The notes under the pieces: generated by a model
What the model saw: only the letters and a program-made list of their open reading frames with translations
Database searches by the model: none
Told to the model about the DNA's origin: nothing
Source of the DNA: an uncultured Candidatus Saccharibacteria bacterium
Lineage (GTDB): Bacteria; Patescibacteriota; UBA1384; XYA2-FULL-43-10; 1-14-0-10-43-13
Direction: 5' to 3'
Length of the DNA stretch: 32,000 bases
Assembly (NCBI GenBank): GCA_964543385.1
Contig: CAZIYE010000001.1
Span: forward strand, 30,001-62,000
Part shown: positions 19,480 through 28,400 of the stretch, piece by piece
How positions within the stretch are numbered: position 1 is the first letter of the stretch
Layout: the number at the start of each line of letters is the position of its first letter
Program-made: the position numbers and the translations under genes

Positions 19480-22400
19480 TTATTTTAGTAATACAGCATC
19501 TATTTCACCTTCGGCAATATCACCAGGGGTCCGGAAATTAACCGTTCTAATCATGATTCCTTGCTTAAAAAAGGGCCTAAAACCTGGACCGTCCGCATAA
19601 CCAGGTACCAACAAGAAGCATCCGCTTTTGTCGTAAGATTCTTTAAACATTTTTAAGTTAGAGTCATTATCAGGAGTCATGGTATTCATTCTTGTCATGG
19701 ATAGCACAATCTTTCCATTCCTTTGCTTTTTTGGAAGATTTGGCCCAATCCCAACACGATAATGAAAAGGGTTATTCTGATCGAGATTAGTTAGTATTGT
19801 CACCCTGATTCTGTCCTCTTCATCTCGCTCACCGATCTCTTCCTTCCAATTAGAGAAAATTTTTTTTCCAGCATCGATATTCTTGAAAATTACGGTCAGC
19901 ACCGGTGGATGAATATTCTCTGACGCAGGAATAAATCCTACTCCTTGCCATTGTGCCTCATCCCATAAAACTGGCCTTGATGTTAAGAGAGTTTCAAAAT
20001 CTCCATGTTTAACTTGACGAAAGGGATCTTCGGCAAGTTCTGCCGCATTCTCTCCATCATCAGGTTTCTCGACAGAGGGAAAACTGAGTAGATTTTGTCG
20101 AGCAATTGGGTATTCGGTATCTTCATTTTTAATCCAATCAGCAAGCTTTGTCTTTGGCTTTTTACCAAGCACATTCCCAATTGTGATAAATGAACCCGTG
20201 AAGTTCAATGATCGCTCTACTGCTAGTTCACCGACAAGCAACGCTTGTAATTCTTTCTCGTCCCTAAAAACTACCATTCGAGCAGTAATATCTACGATAA
20301 TTTTAAAAAGTGATTCGTTAATCTTCTCTTGGTCTTTGCGCCTGATTGAATGGGGATCAAAATTTGTGCAGTGTATCTCAATACGTGGCCCTGAAGGATC
20401 ATCCTTGCACTCATGGCTGATTAACTCTCCATGTGCAGAGTCATCAACCGTAATTATTACTTGGCTTTCCCTTGGTATCTGGCGATTAGTGATGGTTGTT
20501 GACAGAAAACTTTCAAGCGCCGCCAAAACTGATTCTGTCAATTCAAGACAAGGAGATTGATTTTTTGCCTCGACAATAATCTTACAACCTAAGATTATTG
20601 ATTCAAACTTTACATCTTTATCTTCTGTTTGGATTGCATTTGATGGTAAATAATCCTCATCAGCTATCTGTGCCCATTTAGTAAAGAATTCTGTGTATTC
20701 CTCATAAGGAATGTTGTCCTTAAATTCTTCCCAAAATTTATCTTCATGCCCAAGTGCATACAGCAATGCAATTCGCGCAAAATCCATTCCTATTCGCGCA
20801 AGAACATCTGGTAATTTTTGCATAGCTTCCAGAGTACGTTTATCTGATCGTAATATAATATACCCTAATGCTAGTTCAAACTTGTCAACCGCCTCCAATA
20901 AATCGCCTTTATCTGACCTTTTTTGAATCAGCGCATTCCTCATTGTTAGATCCAGCTGATGCCAATCAAGAGATTGAGGCATTCGACCCAATCTAAGCTC
21001 TAACCATTTAAGTCGACTATAACAAGCGGCCTGCATTCGATTGATTTCTCCATGACTCCAGAAACTACTAGTAGCTAGTGATGCAGATGTGACAAGCACT
21101 CCTCTTGCTGCCCACAGTAATCCTGCCATTTCATAAGCTATACTGATCAGATATAGTGCCTCCACGATCTCGTCTTTGCTCTCATATTTATATAGCTTGG
21201 TTAGAGAGCGTCCTAATACGATGATGGCTTGATATGTATCTTCATTTCTAATTAATTCTTTTCCCCTATCTAGAAGTAGTTTTGCGCCTGTAACTTCTCC
21301 TTCCCTTCGAGAGATTTCTTCAACTGTTTCCTCAAATAATTTGCCATATTCGGAGTTGCTGACAAGCATTTTTCCCAATTCAATGATGATGTCTGCGTGC
21401 GGCCTGAAAGGAAATCCGATCAAGTTTCTTGACTCTTTGACAGAAGCGCGTAAATCAGATATTAGATTATTAGCTTCTTCACCGTTCACTAACCTGTTTG
21501 ATAATTCAACTTCGTTATTTAAAAAGCGAGCATACAAAGAAGAACTTGGTTTTTCATCATCTTTCATTAAGTCGCCGAGCTTTGATTTAAGAATTTTAGC
21601 TTTTTCGTCTAGAAAGTCAGAATCAATTTTGGCCAAACCAGATCGATGGATATTATATAAACAGTGCCAAAGATTACACAAGCGCTCAATTTGAAAGATA
21701 TTATTGCCTGTTATCGCCAGCTTCTCAACCTCAAGATACTGATCTATAAATGTAGAATAATCTTCATGCCACCAAAAGAGCGTCCAGGCATACTGATAGT
21801 TATAGTCAAATAATAAATAGGGGTTAGCCAGCTTTTTAGTCAATCTTTGCGCCCTTAAAAATCTGCCATCAATATCAGTTCTCGGCAACTCAAGTTCTCT
21901 GGCGATGATAGCGGAATCGATCGAATCTTCTGCGACAGCATCGTTAATATTGTTTGCTTCTATTGCCTTGTCTATGCGCTCATCCAATTCACTTAGACGA
22001 TCCTCCTTTTTTTGATCCAACGGTCCCTTTTTAACCTGCTCCCAGGAACTGCTCTTAATGCCCAACTCTTCCTGGGCAATTTTTTCACGCTTACTTTGGA
22101 AGATCTGGTCCAATATCCATGTGCGATCCATGATTTGAACTTCAACACCAAATTTTTCGCGAAGCATATCCTGTGTCTCTGACCTTTTCCTCGAACTAAT
22201 GCTTTTGCTGGATAAAAAATAAATACGCTTAAAATTGCGATCGGTTCCGACAGCTTTCTCAACATCGGCAACAACTTTCGCCTTCCAATTCTTATTGACG
22301 CTAATCGCAAGACCCCAACGCTCATCTGCTGCTTTCTTTTCAACGCATGAATACCATCCGAGCACTGTTATATCTGACACAGGGTAAGTTTCTGAGTCAA

Positions 22401-22632
22401 CCTTGCCATCACCGCCTCCTGTCGGACCAGTATTTGGCATAAAATTTGGACTTATCGCCGCTCTGCACAATCGTATTCCAAATCTTTCGAATTCTACCTC
22501 TTGGCTTCTGCTCGATAGTGTATCAAGGTAATGCTCAAGAACAATACGATCAATTTGTGACTCTTTGATTGATGAAGAATCAGAAAATTGCTTTGGTCGT
22601 CTAGCTCTAAGAAATTGTTTTGGCGTGATCAT
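19480..22632 (-). CDS. Large uncharacterised protein with an Mrr/PD-(D/E)XK-like N-terminus; candidate defence protein
   Basis: 1050 aa; N-terminus FERFGIRLCRA...TGPTGGGDGKVDSETYPV...WGLAISVNKNWKAKVVADVEKA...RIYFLSSKSISSRKRSETQDMLREKFGVEVQIMDRTWILDQIF; long helical middle; mixed C-terminal region. Confidence 0.75.
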   Translation of the reverse strand: MITPKQFLRARRPKQFSDSSSIKESQIDRIVLEHYLDTLSSRSQEVEFERFGIRLCRAAISPNFMPNTGPTGGGDGKVDSETYPVSDITVLGWYSCVEKKAADERWGLAISVNKNWKAKVVADVEKAVGTDRNFKRIYFLSSKSISSRKRSETQDMLREKFGVEVQIMDRTWILDQIFQSKREKIAQEELGIKSSSWEQVKKGPLDQKKEDRLSELDERIDKAIEANNINDAVAEDSIDSAIIARELELPRTDIDGRFLRAQRLTKKLANPYLLFDYNYQYAWTLFWWHEDYSTFIDQYLEVEKLAITGNNIFQIERLCNLWHCLYNIHRSGLAKIDSDFLDEKAKILKSKLGDLMKDDEKPSSSLYARFLNNEVELSNRLVNGEEANNLISDLRASVKESRNLIGFPFRPHADIIIELGKMLVSNSEYGKLFEETVEEISRREGEVTGAKLLLDRGKELIRNEDTYQAIIVLGRSLTKLYKYESKDEIVEALYLISIAYEMAGLLWAARGVLVTSASLATSSFWSHGEINRMQAACYSRLKWLELRLGRMPQSLDWHQLDLTMRNALIQKRSDKGDLLEAVDKFELALGYIILRSDKRTLEAMQKLPDVLARIGMDFARIALLYALGHEDKFWEEFKDNIPYEEYTEFFTKWAQIADEDYLPSNAIQTEDKDVKFESIILGCKIIVEAKNQSPCLELTESVLAALESFLSTTITNRQIPRESQVIITVDDSAHGELISHECKDDPSGPRIEIHCTNFDPHSIRRKDQEKINESLFKIIVDITARMVVFRDEKELQALLVGELAVERSLNFTGSFITIGNVLGKKPKTKLADWIKNEDTEYPIARQNLLSFPSVEKPDDGENAAELAEDPFRQVKHGDFETLLTSRPVLWDEAQWQGVGFIPASENIHPPVLTVIFKNIDAGKKIFSNWKEEIGERDEEDRIRVTILTNLDQNNPFHYRVGIGPNLPKKQRNGKIVLSMTRMNTMTPDNDSNLKMFKESYDKSGCFLLVPGYADGPGFRPFFKQGIMIRTVNFRTPGDIAEGEIDAVLLK

Positions 22633-22986
22633 TATGAGCCCAGGTTACTGCTATTAACTAACTATTAGGGTAATTAGTTCTCAGTAAGATGTCAATCGCT
22701 TTTCGAGGTATTCATCTGGGATTATCAGCGCTCCCTTGGTCTAACTTTGAGCCAAGAGGTGGTAGGAATATCCAGGCACTATTAATTAGACTGATTACTG
22801 TAAATTTCTCTTAGTATCGGCTCCCATTCGTGCATAAAATCAATGAAGGTGTTCCAAGTTTTTTCGTCATAGTCCACCAAAGAAAAATCAATTCTCACAA
22901 GATTATTTTTTCTTGATTGACAAAAGTCCCTAATCTATCAGAGAACAAAAAATAGGATATGCGTTAGTGGCGGTTAGAACAATCTG

Positions 22987-23478
22987 TTAGATTATATATT
23001 TTTTAACCTCTTCATAACTTTTTGAAGCAAAGAAAGAGTTATTTACCCATTGCTCACCTGTTATATCTTTGCCAAACCAATCAGGGATAGAAAAATCTTT
23101 CACTGACATATCATCAACAAAAACCATTTCTATTAAAATAAAACCTTCAAGATTACCATGAAAAACATCGATTCTTAGTTCTGGTCCTATTCCTAGATTC
23201 GAATAATAATATCTTGTTTTGGAAAGCTTCTTGGGAATTAATTTCCAAATTGAACCAAATTCCTCCTTGGAGATAGGCAACTCTATATGCTCTCTTATGC
23301 TAGCATCGCCAGGCATTCCAATAAGTTTTTTAGTAACTGAATATAATTCATCTTTCTTTCTGAATCTGAGTGAATCCTGTGCATCGATAAAATAACCCTG
23401 ATCTATTTCAGCCTTTTGATGTTTCTCAAGATCTTTTGGTAATTCTTTAACTAAAAAAGTTTTTTCGATTCTGACCAT
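22987..23478 (-). CDS. CYTH-like (adenylate cyclase CyaB / triphosphate tunnel) protein
   Basis: 163 aa; VRIEKTFLV start, IDQGYF, SLRFRKKDELYSVTKK, HIELPISKEEF, RIDVFHGNLEGFILIEMVF, final-helix-like DWFGKDITGEQWVNNS. Confidence 0.75.
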   Translation of the reverse strand: MVRIEKTFLVKELPKDLEKHQKAEIDQGYFIDAQDSLRFRKKDELYSVTKKLIGMPGDASIREHIELPISKEEFGSIWKLIPKKLSKTRYYYSNLGIGPELRIDVFHGNLEGFILIEMVFVDDMSVKDFSIPDWFGKDITGEQWVNNSFFASKSYEEVKKYII

Positions 23479-23490
23479 ATTTGCCCCTCT

Positions 23491-24690
23491 CTACTCATAT
23501 TTTAATGCATCTAAAGGATTTAATTTAACTGCTCTTTTCGCAGGATACCATCCCGTTAAAAAGCCAACAACAATTGAAAAAAGTGCTACACATAAGGCAA
23601 AATTAAACGGAGTTACAAATAAATCAATTGGCTGAGCTGACGCTTTTATTGCAACATATTTTATTATAAAATTCAAACCTTGAGAAAAAAACACGCCAAA
23701 GAGCAAACCAATTATGCCGCCAAGCAGACCAATAAAAAGTGATTCTGTAACAAAAATTTTATAAACATCTTTGTTCCTCATACCAAGTGCCTTCATCAAC
23801 CCGACCTCCCTAATTCTTTCCATTAAACTGATCGTTAGTATATTGAATGTACCCAATGAAGCAACTATCAGAGCGATCATGCCAAATACGCCAAGAACAA
23901 CTCTGAAAAGTAAGAAAACCTCTGATACTTTATTCACGGTATCTCCGATATACTCAGTCTTAAGATTTAAAGTTTCTATAAATTGCCTAGACGAGGCAAT
24001 TTTATCTTTACTATTAACCTTTACCTTCATAGCAGAGTAGTTTACTATCCCCAAAAAGTCATTGTTTGAATCACTGATGTAAGCAGTGGGAATATTTTCG
24101 TTATCTGTTATGCCAACAACTTTGAAAGATAATTCCTTGAGACTAGACGGACCATCTTGGTTTTGCAATAAGTTAGAAGGGAGCACTAACTCAATATTAA
24201 TATCTTTATTTACGATATCCTGAGAATTCTCATTTATTAATCCCAAAACTGCTTTACTTAAGACTATTTCGCCGTTGTCTGTAGGAAATTTGCCTTTTGC
24301 TAGAATTCCACCAGAAACATTAAAATAATTTTGATTTGATGATATTACTAATGTTTCTGCAACCGATTTATTCTCCGAACCTTTGATCCTAGCTGGTATA
24401 TTTGCAATTGGCATTACTTCAATAACATTGGGAGCACTATCGATTGTGCCAGCCACCTCTTTATCTATTCTGTTTACTTTATAATTTTTTGTTGTTACAT
24501 CAATTGTTTTCAGGGCTTCAAAGTCGGAAACTAATTGATTCGTCACAAGTTTCTCTAAACCAAATCCAAAAGAAACAAGAAATATTATTGATGAAATACC
24601 AATCGAAACACCACCAACAGTTAAAATTGCCCTCATACGATGAGACCATAGGTTTTTGAATGCTATTTCTGATATTAGTGACTGTCTCAA
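23491..24690 (-). CDS. ABC transporter permease, MacB/FtsX-like
   Basis: 399 aa; N-terminal NLWSHRMRAILTVGGVSIGI, extracytoplasmic region, three C-terminal TM segments with SLMERIREVGLMKALGMRNKDVYKIFVTES...GWYPAKRAVKLNPLDALKYE. Confidence 0.93.
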   Translation of the reverse strand: MRQSLISEIAFKNLWSHRMRAILTVGGVSIGISSIIFLVSFGFGLEKLVTNQLVSDFEALKTIDVTTKNYKVNRIDKEVAGTIDSAPNVIEVMPIANIPARIKGSENKSVAETLVISSNQNYFNVSGGILAKGKFPTDNGEIVLSKAVLGLINENSQDIVNKDINIELVLPSNLLQNQDGPSSLKELSFKVVGITDNENIPTAYISDSNNDFLGIVNYSAMKVKVNSKDKIASSRQFIETLNLKTEYIGDTVNKVSEVFLLFRVVLGVFGMIALIVASLGTFNILTISLMERIREVGLMKALGMRNKDVYKIFVTESLFIGLLGGIIGLLFGVFFSQGLNFIIKYVAIKASAQPIDLFVTPFNFALCVALFSIVVGFLTGWYPAKRAVKLNPLDALKYE

Positions 24691-25424
24691 AATACTCCTT
24701 GTAATTCTGTCCTTATTTCGTTCGCTACACCCTGTGCATCTGATGAAATAACCAGACCATCTTTAATAGCAACTTTTTTACTAGCCATGGGTAAATAAAT
24801 CAAATTATGAGTAACCATTATTATTGTTCTCTTTTCATTTACATTTAAATTTTGTAAAAGCTGCATAATTTGATCAGATGAGTGAGTATCCAAATTCCCT
24901 GTTGGCTCATCAGCAACAATAATTAATGGATTATTTACTAATGCGCGAGCCAATAAAGCTTTTTGCTGTTCACCGCCAGAGAGCTGAACAGGAGATTTGA
25001 GTGCGTAATCTTGCATACCGACCTCTTCTAGGCATGCCATAGCTCTTTTGAATGCTTTATCTTTGGCAAAACCTTCAACATAAAGAGGCATGGCAACATT
25101 CTCCAACACTGTCAGTGATTTAATCCAGTACCACATTTGATAGACAATTCCAAAATTTTTAGAACGAAAGATCGATCGTTCTTCGTCTGTTATAGTTGCA
25201 ATATTCTGTCCTTGTATGAAAATGTTTCCTTTTGTCGGTTTTTCCAGGCCTATAATATGATGCAACAGTGTTGATTTTCCAGAACCAGATGGACCATAAA
25301 TTATACATAGATCTGATTTATTTATTGTTAAATCGATACCTTTTAAGATTGGGTATTTGATATTACCATCTCGCGATTTATATGTTTTTTCTAAATTTTC
25401 AATTTTAATTAAAGTATTTTCCAC
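24687..25424 (-). CDS. ABC transporter ATP-binding protein (LolD/MacB type)
   Basis: 245 aa; Walker A GPSGSGKST, signature LSGGEQQKALLARAL, Walker B LIIVADEPTGNLD, H-loop VTHN; 4-nt overlap with the permease. Confidence 0.95.
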   Translation of the reverse strand: MENTLIKIENLEKTYKSRDGNIKYPILKGIDLTINKSDLCIIYGPSGSGKSTLLHHIIGLEKPTKGNIFIQGQNIATITDEERSIFRSKNFGIVYQMWYWIKSLTVLENVAMPLYVEGFAKDKAFKRAMACLEEVGMQDYALKSPVQLSGGEQQKALLARALVNNPLIIVADEPTGNLDTHSSDQIMQLLQNLNVNEKRTIIMVTHNLIYLPMASKKVAIKDGLVISSDAQGVANEIRTELQGVF

Positions 25425-25431
25425 TTTTACC

Positions 25432-28400
25432 TTATTTTAAGAATCCAAACATCCATCCGAAAGTTTTTTGCAATGAATTTACGATTATACTAACTACTGA
25501 TTGTTGCGGGCTATTAGTGATGATGGTTGTGTCATCGCCATAAACAATATTATCACTGGCATCTTCAGAAACAGCTCTCAGATGATAAATTCTAGATGGA
25601 TCCAGTCCGGTTATCACTACGATATGGCTTTTAACTAACTCATTATCTTCTTTTGTTTTATAATTGTAATCAGCTCCAGAGATACCATCGGAATATTCAA
25701 CTTGAGAAGATGATGGTTCATCTGTTTCCCAAGAAACAACAAGCTCTGATTTGGTATTCTCGCTAGTTCCTGATTTTACTTCGTGGGAAAAATTAGTAAT
25801 TTTAGGAGCCCTTGTATCAAATGGTGTAGAATAATCCTGGACATCAGAAGTGCATTTATTACCAGAACCATCCATTCCCTCAATCTGAATTTCATAATTT
25901 ATATTATCTTCCAAGTCATTCAAGACAAGATCGTGGGCTTTTTTTAATTCTGCATCAGATTTGATTTGCCATTCCTCACTTCCTTTTATTCGATATCTAA
26001 CGATTGAAGTTGTATCTAAATTTGTCTCCCATACGGTTCTCACAGCGGCCTGAACCTCCTTTAAATAATCAAATTCGATACCAGAGATTTTAGGATAAGG
26101 TAGAGTTGTGAATGTTAGTGAAGTATAGTACGGCTGATTATCAGAAGATCTAGCCTCAATAATTAATTGATAATTTGTACCAGGGGTTAAATTCACAAGC
26201 CGCTCAGAAAATTTTGTAGCTTGACCATTAACAGTTTTAATCATTTCATAGTTCCCAACACCATATTTTAATGTTACTGTAGCGAGATCGCTAATCTCAA
26301 AATCAATAGTTGCGGTAAAGGGGCTGGTCGCTGTAACAGTTGGATTTTTAATTACCCTTGCCTGCATCGTTGTTGTTGAAAACCATTCACTTTCGCCATC
26401 ATTATTTGATGCATCTTTCCATACTAACTTATATTTATATTGTCTTTGTGGTTCCAACCCTATTAGAGATACAACGTGAACTTGTGTAAGTTCATTTTTT
26501 CCTTGCTGAGTTCCGTCATCAAGCTTAACATATGAAGTTGTCTGCTTGGAAGATACCCAGGAAACCTCTAAAGAAGTTGGCTCTCCTTTAACTGTTGGAC
26601 CAGTTAGAATACTTGCTGCGTCAGTAGTACAAAAAACTAATGTTTGCCAATCAGATACGTTGCCAACCTGATCCTTTGAGCGAACATAGAATACATTATC
26701 ACCATCTTGATAAGGAGTGATAGTTGCTGTGGTTTGCTCTGTAAAACTAATTTCCCCTTGAGCACCAAGTTTATAATCATAACCGACAACTGGTTTGGGT
26801 TGTCCTTCCTGGGTATCAGATGATTCTGGCCATGTCAAAGTAAAGGTTTTGGCGATTTGACAACCGGGCTTATCAATATTTACATATTCAATTTTGTTAG
26901 GGGCATTGTTATCATATTTATATTCAAAGAGAGTTACAGCTTCTGAATAATTCCGAGCTAAATCCCTTGTTCTTAATCTAAAATAATAAGTCTGATCGTT
27001 CACTAAAGTTCCATTATAAACAAAAGAGGTAGTAGCAGTGTAATTATTAGCAAAGAGAGGGTCACCACTTTGATCAGTGCCGAAATAGATTAGATATCCA
27101 TCGACACCACTCATATTATTAGATCGACTACATTCGCTACCAACAATTTGACCGTCAACAACTACATCCTGACATACTAAATTACCTTCACTATCAATAT
27201 CGTTAGAAGGCAACCACGAAAAACTCAATTGACTGTCGTTATACCAATTGCCACTAATAAGATCTTGACTATCGTTTGAAACAACTACACTTGATGGATT
27301 CTCGGGAGGAACAGTATCAGAATGATTTGTATAAAGTCGAAAGTTATCTATAGGTTGATTAATTGAATAACTTGGCATTATAGGATTAGAACCAACGTAA
27401 AAATAATACCCCAAATTTGTCAGATTCGACCATGGTGCAAATGTTTTATTCGCTATTTCATTACCGTCAATAAGTATTTTTACTTCTCCGGAAGAATTAT
27501 TGTAAGATACTTTTATCTTATGCCAATCACCGGCATTTAGAGATAAAGATGGTGTGTGTAAAACATAAGGTGTAGCGCCTGCTGAAATTGTAAACCTTAT
27601 CTGGTTTCGATTAGGTACTAATTCAACTGTCATGGGATTTGATCCGGAAGTTGTGAAAAGAGTTCTTTTTTGAGAACCATCAAATGGTGTCCAGTCAGAT
27701 AAATCCCACTTTGATTTTATGATACGACCTGATCCCTGATAGTCTACAATGTACATATCTCCGCTTGTTTCATCATAGACAACATCTCTCGCTGTTGAAA
27801 GACGACCAGGCGCTAAAAAAGGAACACTTGACGTTCCAAAGGTTGTCCAATCCGATCCGTCTATTTTAGTTTTTACTATTCTTGCATTTGAATTGTCAGC
27901 AATGTAGATATCCCCTGTAGCTTTGTCAAACTGGATTCCAGAGGGATAATAAAATTGTCCAATTCCGCTTCCATAGCTACCATATGTTGTCCAGCCTGTA
28001 CCATCCATTTTGGTCTTAACGATACGATGGTTACTGTAATCTGTTGCATAGATATAACCAGAGGTATTATCGTAATTAATACCCATTACCCCCTTAAACT
28101 GTCCCACGCCTGTCCCATAGCTACCATATGTTGTCCAGCCTGTACCATCCATTTTGGTCTTAACGATACGATGATTACTGTAATCTGCTACATACACAAA
28201 CTCACTTGCTTGATCATATTGAATATCATATGGATTGTTAAACCTTCCTATCCCTGTTCCGCTACTACCATATGTTGTCCAGCCTGTACCATCCATTTTG
28301 GTCTTAACGATTCTACTGTTTCCTCTATCAACTATATAAAGTAAATCAGTTGTCGAATCATACGATATGGATTGGGGATAAAGAAATTGATTAACACCAT

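Noticed and set aside
19314-22632. Classical tRNA-integrated island with duplicated tRNA 3' end
   Set aside because: I found no second copy of the tRNA 3' sequence (GGTTCAAGTCCCTTAGGGTCC) and no integrase in the window.
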